A stretch of 64,000 nucleotides of DNA from Leucoraja erinacea. Its lineage: Eukaryota. How positions within the stretch are numbered: position 1 is the first letter of the stretch; each line of letters starts with the position of its first letter. The position numbers were made by a program, and so were the translations under genes. Below, piece after piece: positions 1 to 13,400 of this stretch. The DNA is taken from contig NC_073398.1 in the NCBI RefSeq assembly GCF_028641065.1, positions 25,606,001-25,670,000 on the forward strand, written 5' to 3'. A model generated the notes under the pieces. That model made no database searches. It was not told the DNA's origin and saw nothing but the letters and a program-made list of their open reading frames with translations.

Positions 1-1260
1 ACATGCCCTTCGTCTCTTTAATGATTTCCGCTTTCCAAGCCCCCACTCCCTCATCTTTACTCTAGACGTTCAGTCACTACACAATCCCCCACCAGGAAGG
101 CCTTATAGTCTTCTGCTTCTCCCTCGTCTGCAAAACCTGCCAATCCCCTCGACTAACACTCCCCTCTGCCTGGTGGAGCTGGTCCTCATCCTCAACAACT
201 TCTCCTTCGACATTTCCCAGTTCCTCCAAATCCAAGGCATAGCTATGGTCCAGCTATATCTGCCTCTTTGTTGGGTATGCTGAACAATCACAGTCCCTGG
301 CATACACTGGCCCTATCCCAGAACTCCACCTCCACTACAGTGATGACTGCATTGGTGATACCTCCTGCACCCATGCAGAACCCATCAACTGCATTAACTT
401 CCCCACTAATGACCATCCTGCACTCAAATCCACTTCGACCATCTCCCACACCTCCCTCCTCTTTCTTGATCTCACTGTCTCAATCACAGGAGATAGACTA
501 TTGACTGACGTCTATTAGAAACCCACTGACTCCCACAACTATCTTGACTACACTTCGTCCCATCCTGCTTCCTGGAAAGACTCTCTACTCCTAACTCCTC
601 CATCTGCGCCCAAGATGTGTTCCATACTAGGACATCCGAGATGTCCTCATCCTTTGTTGAATGGGTGTTCCTCTCTCCCATCATAGATGTGCCCCTCACT
701 CATGTCTTCGTTCTTGCTTCCCCTCCCTCCAGTCGCAAGAGGTACAGTTCCCCTAGTCCATATCGATTACCCCATCAGCCATCACAACATTACAACTCAT
801 AATCCTCTGACATTTTTGCCACCTCCAACGGGATTCCACCACCTGTCACATCTTCCCATCTCCACCCTTTATCAGAGTGAGGTTAACCACAAATTGGAGG
901 AACAGCATATCATATTTCGTTTGGGAAGCTTACATCGCAATGGTATGAATATTGACCTCTAACTTCCTAACCCCTACATTCCCTCTCTCTCCATCCCCCT
1001 GCACCCAAGTCACATCAGCTTCTTATTCCCACGTAGCAAGAAGCTAACAATGGCCTGATTCCTTTATCATCATTACTTTTTTGCATATCTTTCATTCATT
1101 TGTTTTATATCTCTCTGCATCGTCTATAACTCTTGTTTCCCTTTCCCCTGACTGTCAGTCTGAAGAAAGGTCTCGACACAAAACGTAACCTATTCCTTCT
1201 CCCAGAGATGCTGCCTGAGCCGCAGTTATTCCAGCACTTTGTGTCTATCTTTAGAACAAA
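1..1260 (+). mobile_element. Degraded Penelope-like retroelement (RT to GIY-YIG C-terminus plus terminal repeat)
   Basis: Frameshifted motifs HALRLFNDFRF, LVELVLILNNFSF, FLQIQG and KLEEQHIIFRLGSL..NGMNID. Followed by the ctgaagaaaggtctcgac...agatgctgcctga terminal repeat shared with other Penelope pieces here. Confidence 0.8.
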
Positions 1261-1677
1261 TCGAGGGCAGGTGAGAGTCGCTGTTACCTGCAGCACACGA
1301 TTGAAACAAATCCGAATGGGTAGCCTGACTGTGGGCAGCTGTTTTCTCCATTGCCTCTCTCTCAGTGTTAGCAGCATCAGTGGTGCTGAGATTTGTCCCG
1401 AGAGATAGGCAATGCAAGCTTTATTTATTAAGGTGAAAAAAGTCTCTGAAACTTGATCAGCAGCAGGAACGAAAATGGAAATAGGCCACGTGGCAACAGT
1501 GGAGAGAGAAATTATACATTGCAACTCATTGACTTGAAATATGATTTTTTTTTTTCTCCGTGTCACACCACTGAAGAATTACAGTTGTGAGTTGTCCCAG
1601 TTCAAGTTTCCAGTATTTCCTTTTCTTTCAGCAGCAGGGACCTGGATAGTTATCCCTTGCTCAAATTTACAGGCAAC
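1043..1677. repeat. Segmental duplication block, paralogous to 26702-27336 (lectin tandem unit of about 26.7 kb)
   Basis: Near-identical sequence by eye. Positions 1-36 also match 26665-26700, with about 1 kb deleted in the second copy. Confidence 0.9.
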
Positions 1678-3599
1678 GCCCTTGGAAACAGCAGCTGATT
1701 GGACGGGAGGAGACCGATTTGTTGATTGGACGGGAATTTTCAGGGAAGCTGGTCGGTGATTGGTCTCAACCCCTTGGAGATAGCGGTTGATTGGCTCTAC
1801 TTCCCTTATGAAAGGATAGAACAACCTTGGCTATTTTCAAGTTCTTAGGGGTCTCAGCTTTAGTTGGTGAAGATACAAAGATCTTCTTAAATCACCTATA
1901 ATTTCCTCTGATGCCACTCCCATAAAAAGTGTTGGGGTTGTAAAGTTCGATTCACTACAAACAGATAACAACACAATAAAGTTAGTAATACGGTAACGTC
2001 TTAATTTCGCCCAGGCGGGTGTGGGAGGTAACTCTAAATATGAAAACACAGACACAGAGTTCCTCATGTTCCACACATAGATGCAAAGCACATGCGTATA
2101 CTTATACACGAACCAGTCTGCAATTCAGCAATTCTTTATCTTACAGAACATTGTACAGCCTCTTTGTCCATATATGGTAATATTAAAGATTGGTAGTTTC
2201 TCCCGATCTTAGAGGAAAAGTAATTTTTTCATATACTTTTGCTCGAAGGAGCTACTCTTTATCTCTGCAGATTCAAACAGTCTTGCTTTTTGACCTTGTT
2301 TATTCATTTATTCATCAACTGTTCATTATAATCTTGTTGAATATTCAGAGTAAAGGGTAAGGACCCAGTGTCCTGTACATTTAGATCATAGGGCAAAGCA
2401 TCCAGTGTTTGTGAACTTTATTCTTGTTGAATATGGAGAGAAAATGGCAAAGCACCCATTTTCTATACTTCTAAACTAAAAGCGGAGTCTATTTTGTAAC
2501 CTTACCTAACTTCTTCAGGTTCTTCTGAATGTTCTACCTCAGAGGACTGTGGAGCTCAGAATGCACAGACTGTCATTATTATATCGTGGGAGCGTCTCAG
2601 TAAATGAAGCTGCCGGAATGTTGTAAAAACCCAACTCTTCAGTAAAGTTCCTTTGGATGGAACTTGCTGGTCTTCACTGCTCTGACCTGTGTGTGACTCT
2701 AAACTCTCACCAAAATGCTTGTCCCTTTATCAAACGTCCTTAGAGGTTACCAAGAAAGACACAGGAATATCTCAAAACTTTGCTGCACCTGCACATCTCC
2801 CTACACAGGTATTGGCAGTAATTTCCACTTTTCATCATCCATGCTCATATCCCAAGGAACTCCTGAGGTGATGTCCTGGGGCTGGGATGTTCAACCACAA
2901 GCATCGTACTTTGTGTGGGGAATGTATCCAACCATTGACGTATTCTCTCCTTGACGATCCTTGTCTCAGAATGGCCAGGTCTCCTCGATGCTGCACTCAG
3001 TCAAATGATGCCTTGTCTTCAAGGAGCCTCACTCTGGCCTCACCTTTGGACCAAGGCTGTGATGTGGTCGAGAGCCGAGTGATCTTGGTGAAACCCACAC
3101 AGAGCATGGGCAAGTTGATTATTGTAGGGGAAATGACACTTGCCCGCACTGTGGACAACCTCTGATGATTGGGAGCAGACTGGTTGGCTGGTCATTAGCT
3201 GGACTGGATTAGTCCAGCTTTATTGTGGGGTCCAATTTATGGCCAATACCTGGTGAAGACTTTGGAGCATAAGGGAAGTTTGGAAACAGGGTGGCTTGAA
3301 GGAAAGTTAAGGAATGGTTGTTGATAGGAGAGGTGAAGATGCTGGTTTGAAGGTGAAGGAAACTGGCCCTGTGTTTGACCTCTGGATGTCACCAGTGGTT
3401 TTATCAGCACTAAAGGCTGAAGAACTCATAATGCTGATGTTGAAGACTTTGACAATGTCCTGGAGTGTAGATGCAGGAATTAAACTAAAACACCGACTAT
3501 GCCTCTGCAGATGCTGCCTGACCGGCTGAGTTCTTCCAGCATTTTTTATTCATCCTGGAGAAATTATTTAGAAAACTGTTCCAAACCCCTCAAAATAAC

Positions 3600-4010
3600 A
3601 GACATTGCTTGTTCCAGCTGCAGATTAACTTTCTACACCTTATGAACCAACACACCTGCACCCCTCTACACACCAACATTTACTGGCTTCCCACCACGTG
3701 AAATGTTCTGTTTTGCTATTTCTCCCATCTAACAACACAACCTCCCATTATCCTACAGTACGCCCCAAATATAACATTTACACAACCATTGTAACCTAAT
3801 TCTAGAGACTTGTCTGTGACCACAACAATCACTGTGGGTACAGGTCTATTGGTTACATGGAGAAGATTTCTGACATAAGTTGCATCCAATACAAAGAAAC
3901 AACACGTAGCAAAGATGAATCACAGTCCGTTCCTTGAAACCTCAGAGACTCGCCCTCTGAGTGACCAAGGTTCAGGACACTTTTCCTCCCACCGTGTCCT
4001 GTTCACTGAG
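3600..4010. repeat. Paralogous intergenic block, also at about 30670-31075 and 33365-33565
   Basis: Shared text cctcccattatcctacagtac...gagacttgtctgtgaccacaacaatcactgtgggtaca...ggttacatggagaagatt in all three copies. Confidence 0.85.
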
Positions 4011-5257
4011 CCAGCTACCTCTATCTGTCAAGCACTTTCTTTGTCCTGACCTGAGCCCCAATATCCCTCGTCACCCAGGTTCTCTACTTTTGCCTTCCTT
4101 GCGCTTCACTCAAACTGGGATATTCTCATCCTGAGATCATCTGATCTCACGTTGAAAAGTCTCCAACATCATAGACATCCCATTACCTGCTAACAGCCTC
4201 TCAAAGTCAATATCTGCAAGTTCCACCAGAGCCAACAGAACTGACGGAGATGCAACTCATCCTTGATCATGAAGGAACACCCTAGAGAAAAGGAAGATCT
4301 GGGGGACCTGGGGAGGAGGCTGAGGGTGGGCATAATTGAGGTTTAAAAATTATGAGATGAATTGAATGAGGAGATAGGAAGAATATTTTACTAGTATCAC
4401 AGATGTTTAAAACAAGAGGGCACAGATTTAAGGCAGGGGTAGGAGTAGGGGATTAATTATTTATACACAAAGGGTATTAGGAATGTGAAATGCCTGCAGG
4501 AGGTACAGGCAGAGATTGTCAGAATGGTTAAGAAATATCAAGATGATCAATGAAATTGCCAAGATACAACAGGTGGGTACAAGATAGTCGGCATAAACAT
4601 AGTGGGCCAGGGAGCCTGTTTCCATGCAGAACCACGTGACTGTGAATCCTTTCCTTGTGCTTCAGGCCCAAGGGAAGAAACCTCACGTCCCCTGGTGATT
4701 GCACAATGTTCAGTTCCATTCACAACTCTTCACTAAATGAAGCAGTTCATCCAGCAAAAACATTCCGTCCTGGGCCAATAAATGGCCAGTAGCATTTGCA
4801 ACACATGATTGTCAGGCAATGGCCAACTCTAAAGGTCAGGGTCTACCCGTAACAGCCAATGACATTAATGTCACCAGTTCTCCCACCATTTACAACTTAG
4901 GGGTCACCATTGACCTGAAAACCTACAGGACCTGCCGCATTGATTCTGTGCCTCTAAGGGCAGCTCAGGTGCTGGGGAAACCTCAGCACGTGATTCACCT
5001 TTGATGCCAAACTCTTCCCATCATCTACAAGTTGTTAGATCAGGAGTATTGTGGAATCCCTCTGCGCTCCTGGATGGCTACAGATCATCTGGATGAGTAC
5101 AGATGCATTCAGGATACTGCAGCCCAGTTCATGTGGCAGTCCCCTCCCCGCACTGTATATTCACTCTCTCCACCACAGACAAACCATGGCTATTGTGTGT
5201 GCCATCCACAAAATAGATTCAGTGAAGCAAATGATGAGAAACTGATTTGGTGGTTAT

Positions 5258-6040
5258 ACAGAAAAGCTGGAGAAACTCAGCGGGTGCAGCAGCATCTATG
5301 GAGCGAAGGAAATAGGCAACGTTTCGGGCCCAAACCCTTCTTCAGACTGATCGGGGGTGGGGGTGAGTCGGGACAAGAAAGGGAAAAGGAGGAGTAGCCA
5401 GAAGGCTGGAGGGTGGGAGGAGATAGTAGGGGAGCTGAGGAAGGGGAGGAGACAGCAAGGACTAACAGAATTGGGAGAATTCGATGTTCATGCCCCGGGG
5501 GTGTAGACTCCCCAAACGGAATATGAGGTGCTGTTCCTCCAATTTCCGGTGCTGCTCGCTGTGGCCATGGAGGAGACCCAGGACAGAGAGGTCGGAGGCG
5601 GAGTGGGAGGGGGAGTTGAAGTGCTGAGCCACCGGGAGGTCAGCTTGGTTATTGCGGACCGAGCGGAGGTGTTCGGCGAAACGATCACCCAACCTCCGCT
5701 TGGTCTCACCGATATAGATCTGCTGGCATCTAGAGCAGCGGACGCAATAGATGAGGTTGGAAGAGATGCAGGTAAACCTCTGTCGCACCTGGAACGACTG
5801 CTTGGGTCCTTGAACGGAGTCGAGGGGGGAGGCAAAGGGACAAGTGTTGCATCTCCTGCGGCCGCAAGGGAAAGTGCCCGGGGAGGGGGTGGACCGAGAG
5901 GGAAGGGAAGAATTGACAAGGGAGTTATGGAGGGAGCGGTCTTTGCGGAAGGCAGATATGGGGGGAGATGGGAAGATGTGGCGAGTAGTGGGGTCACGTT
6001 GGAGGTGGCGAAACTGACGGAGGATTATTTTTTGTATGTG
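5258..6040 (-). mobile_element. Young 5'-truncated Penelope-like element with intact GIY-YIG endonuclease C-terminus
   Basis: ORF 5462..5788: NLIYCVRCSRCQQIYIGETKRRLGDRFAEH...VAQHFN...LEEQHLIFRLGSL. Terminal repeat at 5258-5350. Confidence 0.92.
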
Positions 6041-7411
6041 AGACTGATTTGGTGTCCTTGATCACAGTACGGGAGAGCTATGTTGTGGAAATCTGAGACC
6101 TTCACAAACATCTCAATGTGTGGAAATGATTGTTTAATGAATTAGAAGTGAGGTGATGAAGTGATTTCCCTCAGCGAGTGTCTCCCAGCTGGCTGAGGTG
6201 ATGAGGTAACAAATGCTGCTGCACATGGCTCCGTGTTTTCCAGTTACTGAGCTCTCAGCCAGGCAGCAGGAGCACGGACTAGAGGATGGAGATCTGAGAT
6301 CATTGGCAAATGGGGCAAAGGGGACAGGAGGATTCAGTTTTGTTCAGGAAGTTGCCATGGACTGAAAGGCTGGTGGAAGCAGAATCAACAACGACTTTCA
6401 AAGGATTCATCTAAATGTATCCAGGGGCAAAGTCCAGTGGTTTGTGGAAAGAGCAGGAGAATTCTGTTAAATAGATCACACGGTCCAAGAAATGGCACGG
6501 ATATGATGGGGCAAATGGCCTCCTTCTGTGCAGTATCAATGTATCATTCTATGATTCCATCTGGCCTCCAGAGTGTGAAGTGATTGGGGAACGAGAAAAT
6601 CCTGAGAATGAAAGGGTCATTTGGCCCATAGTTCCCTCAGCTGTGCCTGGAAATGCAACAAGCATCAAGCAGTCCATTATCTCCCCATCCTTCCATGCTC
6701 CTTCTGGCCAGATTCACTCCAGCTCCTTGTTGAAAAGTGGCCAAGATACTAAATTGAACCAGTTACTCACAAATGGATTACAAACTTTCCTGAGAAAGCG
6801 ACGGATGGGGACCTTCCACCGTGATGGGAAATTGAGAGGAAACAGACCAGAGTGAGTAGAGGAGTGAGTGAGGTGTTCTGGGTCAATAATGTTGTTTTTG
6901 ATTATTCGCATGAACCTTACATCTTAATTGTTTCTGTTGATAATATTCATTAGATCCTAATACCATAAACACATAACAGGGCCACTTTAATTTCACTGCA
7001 CATCTCGTATGTGTATATGACAAATAAACTTGACTTCACTTGAAATACTATCTACAGTTTCCATCCCTCAGTGTTCAGATACAGTGCCACATTCTACAGT
7101 CACACTTGGAGCTCACAAGACATTTCTGTGACTTCCTGTTCATCTTGTTCTAATCTGTCAGTCAGTGATTGGTCAGCAGGAGTTTTACGTAGATTGCTGC
7201 AACCAATTGAGTTTGATTCCAATGGTTCCAAAAGCCTCCAAGATGCCAGAACTACACGTATATACGGATGCAACAGCATTGGAAACCTCATCGACACAGA
7301 GAGCTGGGAGAGAGAGAGGTGGGAACGGCAGCAGGATATGCCCATCTTCACTGTGAAACTTGAGACTAATGATGAATTGTTTTTTTGTGTTTCAGGTTCG
7401 AGGAAGGAAAC

Positions 7412-7466
7412 ATGATGCTGGTGTGGGCTTTGGTGCTGACCGCACTGCTTGCCAGTGATTTGGCAG
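7412..7466 (+). CDS. Lectin A coding exon 1 (signal peptide)
   Basis: Acceptor tttcag ends at 7395, aaacATG, MMLVWALVLTALLASDLA, donor G|gtaagg. Confidence 0.88.
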
Positions 7467-10400
7467 GTAAGGTCCATTGATTCCAGGAGCTTTAGAAATA
7501 TATTGGTGTGAGGAATGAATGCACAGGCACTGTGTTGGGACTGTGGGACATGGGAATTTGTGGACTTTGGAACTGGTCGGGATGTGGTAGTAAATGTCTC
7601 TTCTCTGGGATACTCATCTCGGAGCTGCTGAGTTGGAAGGTGAGTTTGAGACTCATCTCTACACCAGGAGACAAAGATTTCTCCACGGTGACGCTTCACA
7701 GGAAGACAGAGTTGCAGGAAGAGGGATATGTGACTCTCTGTCAGGAACCCAGGGGATGCAGTGGAAAAGGTTCTGCAGGCACTGGTCCAATGCAATGGGT
7801 GCAGTTTACTTGCCCACTGTGAGGGTGAGGATGGACGCTTGAGGGAGGATGGCCAGAGTGCTGGCAATGCCATAAGGGTGTGAGTCCTGGGGGTGGGGAG
7901 TGAAAGAGACAGAAAAAGATTGGAATTATGAGTAATTCAGTCATTAGACTGACACACTTTGAAGTGCAAAAGCATTGCAGTTGCTGGAATTCTGATGACA
8001 TAACTGTATAACTATAGTCTGTTTAATGACTCCTCAAATGGCAATACATGTCCCTGGAATCAATCAGGTGAATCTTCATTTCACTCCCTCTACAGCACTG
8101 ATATTCTTCTGGAGGTCAGTAGTCCAAATCTTTGACCGATATTCCAGGTACAGTCGCCACTGGACCCAATATACCTGCAGTAAGATGTCTTTGTTCATCC
8201 ACACAAACTCTCTGACAATAAATGCAAACAGCTTTGCGTTAGCAGCAGTGTTGATGCACTTCTCTCAGTCACTTCATACTGATGTTGTTTGTAAACGGTT
8301 GGGTCTTATTCTTGCGGCACACTTCAGTGTATCGGTATTATTAAACGTCAGTTTCTCTTATGTCAATCTGCAAGGGATGTAAATAGATATTGATCATCTG
8401 AGTTAACCAGGGTTAGATAGGGCTCTTAGGGCGGACGGTATCAGATATGGGGAGAAGGCAGGAATGGGGTACTGATTGTAGATGACCAGCCATGATCATA
8501 TTGAATGTCGGTGCTTGCTCGAAGGGCCGAAATGCGTATTCCTGCACCCAAGTATTAATCTTTTTTTTCACTTGCTGTAGAAATATTTCTTCGGATTTTG
8601 ATTTTTCCACGTTATTCATCTCAAATTCTACTTTTCTTTTCGTTCTGAAAACCTTGGTTTATTTTTGGTGAAATTTGTTGTTATTTTTCAGGTTGCTGAA
8701 GAAAATTTGGAATTGTTCACAATTCCCCAGTTTTCTTCTGATCTTTTTGTTTAAACAATGGCTTTGGCTGGACCACATGTTCTTTTGTATTTTAGCATCT
8801 TAAATGGATCTCTATCTCCAATAGTTGTGTTGAGCTGATTCTCATTTCTTTCACCTCCTCGTTCTTGCTACATCTGTTGGCCTCTGCTTATTTGAGTTTT
8901 TCTGGGGGGTTTCTTCCGGAGAGATATCAAAAAAGTTTTATTTTTTAAATATCACTGTCATTTGCTTATTTCACAGTATAATTTCTCCTGTCTCAATCTG
9001 CACTGGATGCACATAGATTGAATCAACTTTTTAGTTTTGCTTGATGTACTTTACTTGATAACTTTTTCTTTTTTTCCCACTCTCAAATTCTACTTACATT
9101 TTCCCAATCAAAACATTTGTTTATTTGTAATTAAATTTGTTTTTATTTGTTCAGGTTGCTTAAGAGAATTTTGAATTGTTCACAATTCGTACCTTTCTGC
9201 TCTTTTGGAAAAAATACAAATCTTTTCTTCTGATCTTTTTGTTTCAATGATGGCCATGATTGGACCACACTTTCTTCTGCAGTTTATCTATATTATACTA
9301 AAACTCTTAACTTAGCTCTTAACATTTGAAATATCTGTGTGTTTGCAAGGTTGTGTTGGCTTTCTTTTAATCTATTTAATTTGTATCTTCTTCCAAATAC
9401 AAGGCCACAGCCTTCCCATTTTCACACATTCTACTTACATGTTTTCTCTCGACGGGATAAACGTCTTCCCGTCGCATTCCAACCTATATTTCCAAAGTTT
9501 TTAAAGTTTTAATTGTTTATTTTAAAGAATTAACAGATTTTCAGTGGGAAACTCTTGCAGCCTTTCCATTGATGATGTCTGTTAGGTATGTGGTAATTAG
9601 CATATGTAATTAGTATATGCAATTAGTGTCTTGTCATATGTTGTGTAAGTAAGCATGTGCGGCGAGACTCAAGGTGGCGTCCTGTAGTAAAGAAATTTGT
9701 AAGATTACTCCCGTGTCGGAACCTTTATTCAAGTGTGCTAAGCATCCCGAATACACAACAATTGGCGACGAGGATAAAAGAACGAAGATAAGAGCAAGGC
9801 CAGGAGGAAGAATCAAAAAGAAAGTTAAAAAAGAAGTGTATTTGAAAAAAAAGTGGAAAAGCACGAAATCTAAAGATTTCTAAGAATCTAAAAAGATTTC
9901 TAAGAAACCTAAACCTAAGAAAAGAAAAGAAAAGAAAAAAAGAAAAAAGAAAGTAGGAACGGGAAGCAATGGCTCAGTGAAGAGCAAAGGAAAACAAGCA
10001 GGGCAGTTAAACTGCCGTCGTTTGAATTCAAGCGTCGCGTGAGGGCTCGTGCTGTGAAGCCAACTGCCAGCCCCAGGACCAGCCACAGACGTCGGGTGAG
10101 GGCCTCGTACCGTGTAGGCCACGGACAGGTCCAGAGAGCCACCGACAGAGGCTGAGTCTTCAGCCCAACCGAGAACAGTCAGCCCGGTGGGGGGGAGGAA
10201 GCAAAGAAGGCCCGGTCTGGATCAGAGTCAGCCCGACCGTGAGCAGAAGAGTGGGTCCACGCGAGAGAAGCAGGACACAGCACTCAAGCACTGCAGCCCA
10301 GTTGCAGGGGACGGCCGAGAGCGGGGAATGCCCGGACATGTAGGGAAGTCCGGCCCTGAGCGAAGAGTGAGTCCACGTGAGAGAAGCGGGACACAGCATT

Positions 10401-13400
10401 CAAGCACTGCAGCCAGGTCAGGAGCAGTGTCAGCCCAGTCGGGGGAGTGAAGAGGAGAAAGCGTGGTCGCGGGAGACGGCTGACAGGGGAGAAAGCCTAC
10501 CACAAGGGAGGCACAGTCCCGACGCTTGGAGCAGCGGGGACCAGCAGCAAAAGAGCAGCGACTCGCCTTCAGCCAGCGACGAGCCGTGCAGCAGGTCCAG
10601 TAGTAGCCGGGAGGGCTGTGGAGACAGCGGGCAGGCAAGTCGGCAGAGCAGTGGTGGAGTCAGCGAGAGCCAGCAAAGGCAACAGCAACGGCTGAGCCAG
10701 CAGCAGCATCGGAGGTCCGGAGTGGCCAGTGGTGTACAAGTCACCGAGGATGCACCAGAGTCCACAGGCCGCAAGCTGGAGCAGTGAAAGCCTTCATAAT
10801 AAAAGTCCTCTATGAATGTAATGCATTGTCACAGTTAAAGTTTGACTGTTTGGATTTAATGTATGGGTCACTGTTATCAATAATTTAAGTAAATCTGTGT
10901 GCATAGCAGGAATATGGTTTAAAATATTCTAGTTGGCATTAACCTGAAGTGTTGGTTATTAGTATGAATCTATTATTATAAGATTAAGTAATAGTCAGTG
11001 AGCTGGATACTCTCTTAGAATGTAAAGGAAATAAGTCCAGTGCAGAGAACACTGTGTGAGAGAACAGAACGCAGTGTACCTGGATAGCAACAGATAGCAT
11101 GGCTACTTCAATTGTAGGAAAGTGGCCCCAGTTAGAATCTGGGTGCAATTTTGAGAAATGGACTGAAGTCTTGGAGGCTTCGTTCATTTCTTTTTTTTTT
11201 TGTTTTTTTTGTTTTTGTTTATTTTATCAGAAGTTAATACAGCACAAAACAGTACAGTGGAACCTAATTTTAGGTGCCAACTATGTAATACCGTAATCCA
11301 TTCTATGTACAACCTCTAGTTTTATGTTATGAGAAGGAAGTAAGCAAGACAAGAAAAAGAAAACAATAGAAAGAGGAAAAAGTGGAAAAATAGATGGTAG
11401 AGAGTAGAAAAACGTGAAGTGTGTATATAAAAAATAAAAAAGGAAGAGAGAAAGTGGAAAGTAGAAATAGAAGAGAAGGCCCCTTAAAAGAGAATTTTTC
11501 AAATCTGTATTCGGAGATGTAGATCTATCCGCGTCATGAACTGAAATCAGCAATCTTTACGGTACCGCTGCATCACATGATTCCAAAAAGTCGATGAAAG
11601 GAGACCAACTGCTTAAGAATTGGTCATATTTATCTATTAGTCGGAGTCTCATTTCTTCAAGGCGTGCTATGTCCATCATATTCCTAATCCACATTTTAAC
11701 AGTTGGTATGGTTGTATTTTTCCAAAATTTAAGTATCAATTTCTTTCCAATTATTAACCCATAATTAAAAAAAACATTTTGATCTTTATTTAAATTGGTA
11801 TCTTCTCCTATTATTCCAAATATAATCCATTCCGTTTTGGGTTCTATTCTTGACTTGAAAAGCTTTGTAAATATATCACTCCAAAATTTATTCAACTTTG
11901 TACATCCTACAAATGAATGTGTTATATTAGTGTTTTGAAACAAACATTTATCGCATCTGGGAGAGACGTTTGGATAAAATTTATTCAACCTCGTTTTTGA
12001 ATAATATAGTCTATGTAATAATTTGAATTCAATTAAATTATGTCTTGCATTAATAGAACAGTTATGTGTATTCATCAAATAGTTTTCCCATCTATCCTTC
12101 GAGATCTGTATCATTAGCTCATGTTCCCAATCTTCCCTTAATGCTTCTGTTGAGGGTGATTCTCTATTTAATATATTATTATAAAAGTATGATATAAATT
12201 TTTGTGAATCAGCCTTAATATTCATTGCTTCTTCTAAAGGATCTAAAAATATAGTTTGAAATCTATGTGTATATTTCTTCATAAAGTCACATACCTGTAT
12301 ATATTTAAAATATTGATTATCCTTCAATTTAAATTTTAATTTTAATTGTTGAAATGATAACAGTTTGCCCACTTCATACATATCCCCTACTTTCCTATTC
12401 CCCAGTCTATCCCATCGTTCATTTCTAATGATATCTCTGCAGAAGAGAAGAAGAGAGCATGGTTCATATTAGCCTTAGGAAGAGAGGGTTATCATACCTT
12501 ACGTACGTTACTGCTGCCAGCAAAGCCCACAGAGAAAACGTATGAGGATTGTAAGGAGGTATTAATGGCTCATTTCTCGCCAAAACCTCCAAGGGCATCC
12601 AGAGGCAAGGAGCCTGAACTAGAGGGCAGGGAGTCCCTCAGTGGACAGAGGTCAAGTGCAGAATGACAAAGGTTCAGATTCAGATTCAGATTCAATTTTA
12701 ATTGTCATTGTCAGTGTACAGTACAGAGACAATGAAATGCAAAGGTCAAGTGCAGAATGACAAAGGTCAAGTGCAAAGGGACCAAGGTGAAGTGCAAAGG
12801 GACACAAGTCAAGTGCAGAGGGAAAAGGCCAAAGGTAAAAGGCAAAGGAAAAGGAGTCAAAAGCAAAGGAAAATTGCCATTCAAAGGGCAACTCTAGTAA
12901 TTCAAGCTGCATTTAGGGGTATGAAGGTACGGAGAGAGATCCGGAACAAACAGAAGGCTGCAACGGCAATACAAGCAGCATTTAGAATGCATAGAGTATA
13001 CCGTCAATACAAGGCAATGAGATTAGCAGCTATAATAGTGCAAACCCATTATAGGGCACACCTTCAAATGGTAAGTGATCACAAAACTTACATGAAGGTA
13101 CGCAGCAGTGTTGTACTGCTTCAGGCAGCCTACCGAGGAATGCTTATTCGAAGCAACTGCGGTGCATGCATAAATCTGCCAAGGTCATACAGACTTATTA
13201 TCAGATGCATAAACAGCGTCAGTATTTTAAGAAACTATGCTGGTCTGCCATTGCGGTACAGCAATGATACCGAGCATGCCAGATAAGAGATGTCCAAGTG
13301 AGACAGTAGGATAGTTTGAGAAAAGCAGTGATTTGTATTCAGGCCTTATATCGCGGGATCAGAGTCAGAGTATTGGTAGAGAAAATCAAGGCAGCACGAC

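Noticed and set aside
6720-6857. Possible non-coding first exon and promoter of lectin A (GTGAGT donor at 6852, also present in paralog B)
   Set aside because: Plausible, but the start site cannot be defined without transcript data, so it is not called as a feature.
7100-7873. 257-aa minus-strand ORF overlapping lectin A exon 1
   Set aside because: No recognisable domain, broken by a MITE in the paralog, antisense to a real exon.
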